From Desulfosudaceae bacterium (GTDB lineage: Bacteria; Desulfobacterota; Desulfobacteria; Desulfobacterales; Desulfosudaceae): a DNA stretch of 64,000 bases. This document shows positions 1-8,535 of the stretch, piece after piece (within the stretch, counting starts at the first letter, position 1; every line of letters starts with the position of its first letter). The DNA lies in assembly GCA_963674745.2 (NCBI GenBank), contig CAXXDV010000003.1:1280001-1344000 (forward strand), given 5' to 3'. The position numbers and the translations under genes were made by a program. Under the pieces are notes generated by a model, which was not told the DNA's origin, did not search any database, and was given only the letters and a program-made list of their open reading frames with translations.

Positions 1-2
1 TT

Positions 3-968
3 CAACTGTCCCGGGATCAGGTCGAGATAAGTAAGGCTTCCCTGGAAAGAGCCAGGAAGCTGGTGGAAATCAACAAGCTCCTGATCGATTCCGGCCGGAT
101 GCCGTCGGTGGAGCTGGTGCAGAGTGAGGCCGAGGTCGCCAGCAGAGAGTTCGCTTATGAGGGGGCCTTGAACAATTTTGACAGGGCCAGGCTGGCACTT
201 GTAAAAGTACTGGATATCCCCAAACATACCCGATTTGTCCTGGCCGGTGAAGGCGACCTTCGACGTATTGTGCCTGATCTTGATACCTGTGCCGGCACTG
301 CTTTTGAAAACAGGCCGGATTATCTTCAGGCCCTTTTAAACCTGGAAAGCACGAAGATTAATGTGAACCTGGCAGAAAACAACCGGCTCTGGGATTTAAG
401 CTTTAATGCCGCCTACGGTGAATCCGACAGCCGAACCGATCACCATACTGACGCTCTGTCCAGCCCGCGGTTGAAGGGTGTGGGCCAGGAGTGGAACGCC
501 GGATTGAACCTCAGCGTTCCTGTGTGGGGTGATCTTTCCCGAAAACAGGCCGTACTCAGTGCCGAAACGAGCCTGAAAAAGACCCGTATCAGTCTGAAGG
601 AGCTGAAGGATAACGTCGAAACAGAAGTCCTGGATGCGATCAGAGACGTTAAAACCAAGCTGAAACAGGTTGACCTGGCCAGGCTCAGCAGGGATTTGAC
701 GGAACAAAAGCTCGTGATAGAGGACGCCAAGCTCAAAGCCGGACGCTCTACCAACTTTCAGCTGGTCAGCTTTCAGAACGATCTGGTCAATGCCCAGAAC
801 GCGGAATTGAGCGCCATTACTGACTATAGAAACGCGCTGACGTCTCTGGATCAGGTTTTGGGCACAACCCTTGACACGTGGAGGATATACTACAAGGATG
901 ATAACGGGAACGTGTTTTCAGGACCAGAACACTCGGAAAATGTCATGAAGATTTCAGACGGGCGATGA
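3..968 (+). CDS. TolC-family outer membrane efflux protein (5' end outside window)
   Basis: Frame is open from position 3. It has the OEP repeat pattern (GRMPSVELVQSEAEVA; ENRPDYLQA; GLNLSVPVW; KLKAGRSTNFQLVSFQNDL). The stop overlaps the next start (ATGA). Confidence 0.9.
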   Translation, partial: QLSRDQVEISKASLERARKLVEINKLLIDSGRMPSVELVQSEAEVASREFAYEGALNNFDRARLALVKVLDIPKHTRFVLAGEGDLRRIVPDLDTCAGTAFENRPDYLQALLNLESTKINVNLAENNRLWDLSFNAAYGESDSRTDHHTDALSSPRLKGVGQEWNAGLNLSVPVWGDLSRKQAVLSAETSLKKTRISLKELKDNVETEVLDAIRDVKTKLKQVDLARLSRDLTEQKLVIEDAKLKAGRSTNFQLVSFQNDLVNAQNAELSAITDYRNALTSLDQVLGTTLDTWRIYYKDDNGNVFSGPEHSENVMKISDGR

Positions 969-3046
969 TGATGAACACGAAAAACAAGTCAAACGGTAAC
1001 GACAGGATCATCGAGTCATATGAACGGCTTATTCATATAGCCCTGTCCCTCTCCAGGGAGAAGGACGCCGATCATTTGTTGGAGATGATTCTGGATGAGG
1101 CCCGGGCGATTTGCCGGGCGGATGCCGGTACGATTTATACCCTTGATGCAGATGAACGTTGTCTGTGGTTCGCTTTTATGCAGAATGATAAATTGAACAT
1201 CAGGACCCGCGGGGAGGACGCGGCCGACGAATACCCCCGGATTCCGCTTTACTCCGGCAGTAAGCCCAACCATGTCAATGTATCGTCCTATGTCGCCCTG
1301 ACCGGCGAAACAGTCAATATCCAGGATGTTTATAAAGATAAAAGTTTCGACTTTGAAGGGCCCAAGACATTTGACAAGCAGACCGGTTACCGGACCAGCG
1401 CCATGCTGGTCATTCCCATGAAGAATCATCTGGATGAGACGGTCGGTGTGCTTCAGCTTATCAATGCCAATGACGAACACAGCGGTACGTTCACCGCTTT
1501 TTCCGAACACGATGCGAAAATTGTTTCCGCTCTGGCCTCCCTTGCCGCCGTAGCGCTCACCAAAACCCGGCTAATCGATCAGCTGTACCGGGAATTGGAT
1601 AAAACGAGAAAACTTAAAGAGAATGTGGATGACCTCAACCGTCAGATTAAGTCGGCCTTTCTGGATGTGGAAGAATCCAACAAGGAAATGGCCGCTGCCC
1701 TGAAAAAGGTCAAGGTGACCCGGATCGTAAGTGTGGCGGTCATTATTTTTTTCCTCCTGGCCGGAGGCGGTTTTTACGTTTATCAGAAAACGGCCCTTAA
1801 GCGGAAGATGCCTTCCCGCTCAGCCGCTGCCGGTATTGCTGGCAGAGACGCCACCAGTGCCTATATCGTCACGCCGCAACCGATTTCCTCCAGTGTTTCG
1901 CTTGTGGGTAAGTTGGAACCCTTAAAGCAGATCAGCATTGTCAGTCCTTTTACCGGAAAAGTCGCGGAGAAATTTTTTGAGTATGGTCAGAACGTGGACA
2001 AGGGGCAACTGCTTGTGAAAATGGATACCGAAGAACTTAACGCCCGGATCCGGGAGGCAACGGCCAAGCACATCAAGACCAGCCAGCAGCTTCAGAATAT
2101 CCGAAACTGGAATCAAAGCACCGATGTCACCCAGGCCAAACGTTCTCTTTCCAGGTCAAAACACGCCAGGGACACCGCCGCCAGAAAGCTTGATGAAGCG
2201 AAAGTCCTTTTTGACAAAGGCATCATATCCCGTGCCGAATACGAGTCCGCTGACGAATCCTTGCGGAACGCCTTTCTGGAGTTGGCTTCCGCTGAGGATA
2301 ACCTGGCAGCGGTTCTGGAAAAGGGAAGTGCCGATAATGTCCGGGTGGCCGAGTTCGAGTTTGAAAACGCCAGTGTCGAGTTGAACAAGCTCCAGGAGCA
2401 ACTGGATATGGCTGAGGTGCGGTCGCCGGTAACAGGGATTATTCTGTTGCCAAGGGCGCTCGGCACAGAAATAAAGAGAGTTGCCAGGGGCGTTTCCGTA
2501 AACCAGGGCGAACTGCTGGTATCGGTCGGTGATCTGGAGGGCTATTCGGTAAAATGTCAGGTGGACGAAGTAGACATCGGCAAGATAAAGATCGGCCAAT
2601 CGGTGACGGTCAGTGGTGATGCCTTTCCTGACCTTTTCCTGGCAGGAAAGATCAGTCACGTCTCGTCCCAGGCGGGTTCTTCAGATGGGTTTTCTTCCAT
2701 ACCCATGTTCGATGTCATCGTGACGATCGATTCGTTGTGCCCGGAGGAGGCTGAACGACTTCGGCTGGGCATGAGCTGCAATCTTCAGGTGCAGGTTTAT
2801 AAAAACCCCCGGGCCTTGATGGTGCCGATCCATATGGTGCGTACGGATGGCGCCGAACCCCGGGTCTATGTCCGGATAAAAAAGACCGGTGAAATTAAAA
2901 TGGTTCCGGTCAAGGTCGGTATTACCACCATGGATTCGGTGGAAGTCAAGAGTGGTTTAAAGGCGGGTGATACGGTGGTAATATCCGCTGATACGGCCGG
3001 TAAAACGGGTCGCGATCAATACAACGTTGATTACCTGGGGTGGTGA
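965..3046 (+). CDS. GAF-domain-fused periplasmic adaptor (MacA/HlyD-family membrane fusion protein)
   Basis: aa ~15-205 GAF (ADAGTIY...VALTGETVNIQDVY...TGYRTSAMLVIPM...VGVLQLIN), then a coiled coil and one TM helix (VAVIIFFLLAGGGFYVY). The rest is an MFP (SPFTGKV..GQNVDKGQLL; VRSPVTG; VDEVDIGKIKIGQ; LRLGMS; VEVKSGLKAGDTVV). Confidence 0.9.
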   Translation: MMMNTKNKSNGNDRIIESYERLIHIALSLSREKDADHLLEMILDEARAICRADAGTIYTLDADERCLWFAFMQNDKLNIRTRGEDAADEYPRIPLYSGSKPNHVNVSSYVALTGETVNIQDVYKDKSFDFEGPKTFDKQTGYRTSAMLVIPMKNHLDETVGVLQLINANDEHSGTFTAFSEHDAKIVSALASLAAVALTKTRLIDQLYRELDKTRKLKENVDDLNRQIKSAFLDVEESNKEMAAALKKVKVTRIVSVAVIIFFLLAGGGFYVYQKTALKRKMPSRSAAAGIAGRDATSAYIVTPQPISSSVSLVGKLEPLKQISIVSPFTGKVAEKFFEYGQNVDKGQLLVKMDTEELNARIREATAKHIKTSQQLQNIRNWNQSTDVTQAKRSLSRSKHARDTAARKLDEAKVLFDKGIISRAEYESADESLRNAFLELASAEDNLAAVLEKGSADNVRVAEFEFENASVELNKLQEQLDMAEVRSPVTGIILLPRALGTEIKRVARGVSVNQGELLVSVGDLEGYSVKCQVDEVDIGKIKIGQSVTVSGDAFPDLFLAGKISHVSSQAGSSDGFSSIPMFDVIVTIDSLCPEEAERLRLGMSCNLQVQVYKNPRALMVPIHMVRTDGAEPRVYVRIKKTGEIKMVPVKVGITTMDSVEVKSGLKAGDTVVISADTAGKTGRDQYNVDYLGW

Positions 3047-3051
3047 GAAAA

Positions 3052-3744
3052 ATGGCCGCAAAGCTTCTCAAGCTTAATCAGATCCGTAAGTCCTACCGGC
3101 TGGGCCCGGTAGAGATGGAAATCCTCAAAGGAGTGGACCTGGATGTGGCGACGGGCGCGCTTCTTTCTATAATGGGTTCTTCCGGGAGCGGCAAATCGAC
3201 CCTGATGAACATTATGGGTTTTCTGGATACACCGGACAGCGGGTCCTACTTTCTGGAAGAAAGAGATGTCTCAGACCTTGATGACGAAGCGCTTTCTGAT
3301 ATCAGAAACGAGCGAATCGGTTTTGTGTTTCAGCAGTTCAACCTCCTCCATCGGCTTTCCGCCGTGGACAATGTGTCTTTGCCCCTGGTGTACCGGGGGG
3401 TAACGGAAAAGGAGCGCCGACATCGATCTCTGGAAATTCTGGAAAAGGTGGGCGTGTCCGACAGGGCGCATCACCGTCCCGGTGAACTTTCCGGCGGCCA
3501 GCAGCAACGGGTCGCCATTGCCAGGGCCATTGTGGGCAAGCCCTCCATTATTCTGGCCGACGAGCCCACAGGTGCTCTGGATACCAGGGTGGGCCAGGAG
3601 ATAATGGACCTTTTTATCAGGCTTAACCGGGAAGAGGGCATTACCATCGTGATTATTACCCATGACCCGAAAGTGGCCGCCCAGTGCGATATGATGGTTC
3701 GCATGGATGACGGTATAATCCATCCGCTGACGGAGGCCGTATGA
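3052..3744 (+). CDS. ABC transporter ATP-binding protein, LolD/MacB-like
   Basis: Walker A GSSGSGKS, IGFVFQQFNL, LSGGQQQRVAIARA, ILADEPTGALD, ITHD. ATG at 3052 chosen over GTG at 3040. Confidence 0.93.
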   Translation: MAAKLLKLNQIRKSYRLGPVEMEILKGVDLDVATGALLSIMGSSGSGKSTLMNIMGFLDTPDSGSYFLEERDVSDLDDEALSDIRNERIGFVFQQFNLLHRLSAVDNVSLPLVYRGVTEKERRHRSLEILEKVGVSDRAHHRPGELSGGQQQRVAIARAIVGKPSIILADEPTGALDTRVGQEIMDLFIRLNREEGITIVIITHDPKVAAQCDMMVRMDDGIIHPLTEAV

Positions 3745-4931
3745 TCCTGAGCACCAATGTCAAAGAGGCTGTTCAGAGCCTATGGAGCGCCAAGCAGCGC
3801 AGTCTTCTGGCCCTGATCGGTATTCTGGTCGGTATCGGCTCGGTTATTGCCATGGTTTCGGTGGGCACCATCGTTCAGCGGGAGGCTTTGAGGCAGTTCA
3901 AGGAGATGGGCACCGATATCCTGTCTATAACCAAAGCGTCCGGGAAAGAGGGGGCGAGGGGGCGAGACAGCGGGATAAGTCTCGATATTGCACTGGGAAT
4001 TCCGGAATACTGTTCACAGATCGAAATGGTGGCGCCTTATGCCTCTGTCTTCGGCACGTTAAAGTACCGGGGGCAGAAAATCGACACCCCGGCGCTGGGC
4101 GTGACCAGTTCTTTTTTGGATATCAACAAGCTGAAGCTGTTACAGGGGAGGTTTGTTTCCGACCTGGATCATTTCATGTATTTCTGCGTGGCCGGTGCCG
4201 GTGTTCAGCAGAAGCTGGCGGAGCTGGGTGTGGGGGAGATTGTCGGAACCAGCATCATATATATGGAAAAACAGTTTACCATTATGGGCACCATCGCCTA
4301 TGCACCGCCCACCAATATGCGACCTTATGAAGTGAGCGCGGGTATCATGATTCCCCTGTCCACTTCGCGCCGTCTGGGGCAGAATGAGGGCATCCGTTCA
4401 ATTCTGGCCCGGATGGTGCCCGATGGGGATCACCTTGTGGCAACTGATGAAATTCGCAGGTATTTTGAGACACAGGCCGAAGGCATGAGCGTGCGTGTTC
4501 AGAGCGCCGAAGAACTTATAGCGCAGATGCAGAAGCAGATGCAGATGTTTACCCTGCTTCTGGGGGTCATCGGCTCCATTTCTTTGATTGTGGGCGGCGT
4601 CGGGGTTATGAACGTCATGCTCGTTTCCGTCACCGAGCGCAGAAAGGAAATCGGTATTCGCAGGGCCCTGGGCGCGAGGCGAAAGGACATCCAGGGCCAG
4701 TTTTTGGTGGAGTCAATTTTTTTATGCCTGACCGGAGGCGTCCTGGGCGTTGCCCTGGGGTTAGCCGTGTCGTTCGCCATTGCCCGCTTTTCCAACTGGC
4801 AGTTTTTTATTTCCCACATGGCGGTAGTCCTGGGTGTGTTGGTGTCAGCGGCGGTCGGCCTCTTTTTCGGTTATTATCCGGCCCGGCAAGCTGCCAGAAT
4901 GAACCCCATTGATGCGCTCAGGACGGAATAA
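3741..4931 (+). CDS. ABC transporter permease, MacB/FtsX family
   Basis: RSLLALIGILVGIGSVIAM, a periplasmic domain, GGVGVMNVMLVSVTERRKEIGIRRALGA and YPARQAARMNPIDALR. Confidence 0.93.
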   Translation: MILSTNVKEAVQSLWSAKQRSLLALIGILVGIGSVIAMVSVGTIVQREALRQFKEMGTDILSITKASGKEGARGRDSGISLDIALGIPEYCSQIEMVAPYASVFGTLKYRGQKIDTPALGVTSSFLDINKLKLLQGRFVSDLDHFMYFCVAGAGVQQKLAELGVGEIVGTSIIYMEKQFTIMGTIAYAPPTNMRPYEVSAGIMIPLSTSRRLGQNEGIRSILARMVPDGDHLVATDEIRRYFETQAEGMSVRVQSAEELIAQMQKQMQMFTLLLGVIGSISLIVGGVGVMNVMLVSVTERRKEIGIRRALGARRKDIQGQFLVESIFLCLTGGVLGVALGLAVSFAIARFSNWQFFISHMAVVLGVLVSAAVGLFFGYYPARQAARMNPIDALRTE

Positions 4932-4942
4932 AACAACCTGCC

Positions 4943-6487
4943 ATGATTATCCGATTTCTGTTCATTCTTGTTTCGGCCGGTCTTTTCGCCCTGTGTTTTC
5001 CTGATGGTCCGCTGCCCCTGGCCGCTTTTGTCTGCCTGGTGCCCTTCGCCCTCTCCCTTGAAGGTGCCACCGCAAAATCCGGTTTGATAATGGGGTTATT
5101 GTACGGGTTTTGTATCTGGATGATCGCGGCCTGGTGGATGGCCAATGGCTTTTATTATTATGTCAGACTTCCCTGGGGTGCGGCCTGGTTCTGGACAGCA
5201 TTAATCTGCCTGATTTCGTCTCTGCCCTACATGATTTTCGGCCTGTTAAGCGGTCTGTGCGGGTGGATGAAGACCCCTTACGGCCGTTTTAAAGCGGCTG
5301 TGGCGTTGACGGTTCTTCTTTCCTGGTACCCGATCGCTTTTCCGGGAAATTACGCCCATTCGCTCTATGCCCATCCCCTGCTCATCCAGTTGGTCGATCT
5401 GGGCGGCATACCGCTTTTGTTGCTGGCCATGAATCTGATTAATTTTTTTATCGCCGGCACTCTTTTAGACCGGGCCACCCCGCGCGGTCCTGTCAAAAAC
5501 ATTCTGATGGCGATGATTACGCTGGCACTGGTGATTATCTACGGAAATTCGCGGTTGAGCCGGTTTCATGCAGACATGGCTGACGCCGACGGGGACCGGC
5601 GGGTGAAGATCGTTTCCGTTCAACCCAACCTTTCGCTCAAGCGGGCAGGGGTGCCTCAGGTCTTCGGTAACGCTGAAAAAGCAAAAGACACGGCGTCTGT
5701 TTTGACGCTATCGGAAGAAGCGATAACCCTTTTCCCGGACGCACAGGCTGTCGTGTGGCCTGAGCTGCCGGACGGCATTTCCTGTAATCCTGATAATGGA
5801 ATCTGGCGAAAGGTTCGTGATCTGGCCTCAAAATCAGGCATCCCGTTTATCGTTAATTGCTATGAATATAACCCGGCTGTTCGAGGTGATTACAATATTG
5901 CCCGGTTAATATCCGGGGCCGGAGAAACAGGCCCCGGATACCGGAAGCGGATTCTTCTGCCTTTTGGCGAGTATCTGCCCGGAGAACGGCATCTGCCCTG
6001 GCTGCGACGGCTTTTCCCACGGTCTCTTTACTATATCCCGGGTGATGATGGCGTTACCCTCCTGCCCCTTGGCGGAAAGCATCAGGCAATTCCCACCCTG
6101 TGCTATGAAGTGCTGTTCCCCGGCCTGGTGCGGGATTTTGTTCTTCAAGGCGGCGATGTGATCATCAACCTGGTCGATGATGTCTGGTTTGGGGAGAGCG
6201 ACGCATCGGCCATCCACATGGCCCTGGCCGTATTTCGGGCGGCGGAATACCGGTTACCGCTGGTCAGGGTGACCAATTCAGGAAATGGCGTGTTTGTCCA
6301 GCCTACAGGAGAAATCGTCGATGGATCGAGAACACCGGTGTTCCAGCCCCGGCTGACCGCTTTTCCTTTGTTCGTGCCCCCGGATCGATCCCTTTACGCG
6401 GCCTGCGGGAATACTTTTCTGATATTTCTAACGGTGTTGTTGGGGGTAGAAGTGGTTTGTTATCGGATCATTTCTTGTCCTTTTTAA
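4943..6487 (+). CDS. Apolipoprotein N-acyltransferase-like protein (Lnt/AatD family)
   Basis: N-terminal multi-TM region and a nitrilase domain with the E-K-C triad: VVWPE, YRKRILLPFGEY, TLCYEVLF. Also DDVWFG and FRAAEYRLPLVRVTNSG. Symbol left blank because it may be a paralog rather than the housekeeping lnt. Confidence 0.88.
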   Translation: MIIRFLFILVSAGLFALCFPDGPLPLAAFVCLVPFALSLEGATAKSGLIMGLLYGFCIWMIAAWWMANGFYYYVRLPWGAAWFWTALICLISSLPYMIFGLLSGLCGWMKTPYGRFKAAVALTVLLSWYPIAFPGNYAHSLYAHPLLIQLVDLGGIPLLLLAMNLINFFIAGTLLDRATPRGPVKNILMAMITLALVIIYGNSRLSRFHADMADADGDRRVKIVSVQPNLSLKRAGVPQVFGNAEKAKDTASVLTLSEEAITLFPDAQAVVWPELPDGISCNPDNGIWRKVRDLASKSGIPFIVNCYEYNPAVRGDYNIARLISGAGETGPGYRKRILLPFGEYLPGERHLPWLRRLFPRSLYYIPGDDGVTLLPLGGKHQAIPTLCYEVLFPGLVRDFVLQGGDVIINLVDDVWFGESDASAIHMALAVFRAAEYRLPLVRVTNSGNGVFVQPTGEIVDGSRTPVFQPRLTAFPLFVPPDRSLYAACGNTFLIFLTVLLGVEVVCYRIISCPF

Positions 6488-6593
6488 GGTGTTGGTCGTT
6501 TCCCTTTCGGGCATAAAGGTTTACGATTACCCACAAGAAAAATATATTCAATATGGAGCCATAATTTCAGAATCCTTTCCGGGATAATGGAGA

Positions 6594-8201
6594 ATGCTTA
6601 TCTTTTCATCAAGATTCAATAGCTTCTTTTTTTTTATTCTATTATTTATTGCAGTAAGAACTGCGTTCGCTTCACAGCAAATTCAAATCGTTCCTGATTC
6701 TGCTTCGAATAAGATAGAAAACAAGGCAACATTTGAACGCACAGCCCTCAAAACAGAAAAAGGGCTGCTGATGTGGGATTATGAAAAGATTCCCGTTCCT
6801 GACAATAAAGCTATTGATTTGCTGGGCTTTCATTATCTTCACCAGGTGAACAGGTGGCTTTTTCTGGGTTTTGGCGCCCATGCCCCCCTGGTCGATGGAG
6901 ATTATGGCGGCTTTATGGCAGCAGATGCCACAATACATGCGCAACGAAAAATATTCGGGAATTCATTTGTCGATGCCGGCGTCTCCATGGGCGGGGGCGG
7001 CGGTGGCTCCAGTATAAACCAGAGCAGAGAATTATCCGGAAAGGGCGGTTATATAAAAAGTTACGCAGGGTTGGGGTACGATTTTCGCCTTTTCTCATTA
7101 GGCGTAAACTATGCGCACTTTAAATTCATGAATTCCTCTATCAAGCACTCACAATTCAATTTTTTTATCCAAAAACCAATTTCATTTTCGATCAGTCCAT
7201 ATGCGAATTCAGGAAAACAGAACGCATTTGATGTTAGCCTTTCAGGATCCAAAGAAACGATACTGACACTTGAATTTAATAATATATTTCAAATTAAACC
7301 GGAAGGCTCGAATACCAGAACGATTAATACGTTTTCCCTGCAATTTTCACGGTTCCTGAATAACAATCATTATTTTTTTCTTGGAGCGGATGTCGGCTAT
7401 AACGGCCTTCCACTGTATAATCAATTATTCGGTGGTATCGGGTATAAGCATACAATCTCTTCCCGCGTTAATCTACATGGCCAGATCGGTGTCGGCTCCG
7501 GCGGGTATTCGCCGGATATAATCGATACCGGCCCCGGACTGCTTGTTTATCCAAAATGTTCGGTTGAATACTTATTGAATAATCATATTGGATTATCTTT
7601 GTCGGGTGGCTATTTGTTAGCGCCGGAAGGTTCCTCTAGAAATTTTACCCTGGGCGCTGCCATGAATTACCACCTTTCGACAACAGATCGTATCCCTGAT
7701 AAATCCAGCCCAGAGAAGCGTCTGGTATTTCGGGGATTTCGTTTCAATGTGTTCCATCAAACTGAGTTTAATGTCAAATTAGGAGATATGGATCACGACA
7801 ACATCAATTTTTTATCATTTCAACTTGATAATCTTGTGCATGATAACTGGTATATACCCGTTCAGGTCAGTGTCGCGTATAATGATTTTTTCGGGTATCC
7901 CGGGTATGGCGAAATGTTAACCGGATTCGGTTTGCAGAATAAATACGCATCAACAAATCGTTTCCAGTACTTTTGCCAGGTTTTGATTGGCGTTAATGTC
8001 CATAGTGTATTGTTAAAACCTTCGATGGGGATAAATTACAGCTTGAGTGATCATTTTGCGCTCTATGCCCAGGTCGGAAAGACCATATCACTTTATAAAT
8101 TAGACCTGTACAATAATTTTGACCAGTATAACGAACGATTGAATACCAGCTTTATCGGAATCGGGTTGACCTATCGTTTTTCGGTACTGGACATCCTGTA
8201 A
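6594..8201 (+). CDS. Hypothetical outer-membrane beta-barrel protein with three similar internal units
   Basis: Signal peptide ending AFA, alternating hydrophobic beta-strands rich in G/Y/F, and GIGLTYRF near the C-terminus. Lower GC than the upstream operon. Confidence 0.65.
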   Translation: MLIFSSRFNSFFFFILLFIAVRTAFASQQIQIVPDSASNKIENKATFERTALKTEKGLLMWDYEKIPVPDNKAIDLLGFHYLHQVNRWLFLGFGAHAPLVDGDYGGFMAADATIHAQRKIFGNSFVDAGVSMGGGGGGSSINQSRELSGKGGYIKSYAGLGYDFRLFSLGVNYAHFKFMNSSIKHSQFNFFIQKPISFSISPYANSGKQNAFDVSLSGSKETILTLEFNNIFQIKPEGSNTRTINTFSLQFSRFLNNNHYFFLGADVGYNGLPLYNQLFGGIGYKHTISSRVNLHGQIGVGSGGYSPDIIDTGPGLLVYPKCSVEYLLNNHIGLSLSGGYLLAPEGSSRNFTLGAAMNYHLSTTDRIPDKSSPEKRLVFRGFRFNVFHQTEFNVKLGDMDHDNINFLSFQLDNLVHDNWYIPVQVSVAYNDFFGYPGYGEMLTGFGLQNKYASTNRFQYFCQVLIGVNVHSVLLKPSMGINYSLSDHFALYAQVGKTISLYKLDLYNNFDQYNERLNTSFIGIGLTYRFSVLDIL

Positions 8202-8204
8202 GAA

Positions 8205-8244
8205 TAAAAAAGGAGGCGAGAATTATTCTCAACCTCCTGATTTT
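8205..8244 (-). terminator. Probable intrinsic terminator for the tRNA-Val/Asp transcript (possibly bidirectional)
   Basis: Imperfect hairpin AGGAGGCGAGAAT-T-ATTCTCAACCTCCT with an A-run on the left and a T-run on the right, between convergent genes. Confidence 0.6.
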
Positions 8245-8248
8245 ATTA

Positions 8249-8326
<78 letters not shown>

Positions 8327-8348
8327 GAATTGAAACAGGGTCTTTCTA

Positions 8349-8424
8349 TGGTGGGCGGAACAGGGCTTGAACCTGTGACCCTCGGCTTGTAAGGCCGATG
8401 CTCTCCCAACTGAGCTACCCGCCC
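8349..8424 (-). tRNA. tRNA-Val (TAC)
   Basis: Reverse complement GGGCGGGTAGCTCAGTTGGGAGAGCATCGGCCTTACAAGCCGA...GGTTCAAGCCCTGTTCCGCCCACCA. Confidence 0.97.
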
Positions 8425-8472
8425 CGTTCAAACGCCAATACCATTTGATGACACCCGCGTTTAAAGTCTCTC

Positions 8473-8501
8473 TATCTACCAACCCGGATGGATAATGTCA
8501 A
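8473..8501 (-). promoter_or_regulatory. Probable sigma70 promoter of the tRNA-Val/tRNA-Asp operon
   Basis: Minus strand TTGACA-17 nt-TAGATA, about 50 nt upstream of tRNA-Val. Confidence 0.55.
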
Positions 8502-8535
8502 GGCAAAAAAAGCATTCCCGATCCATTTTTTTTGC

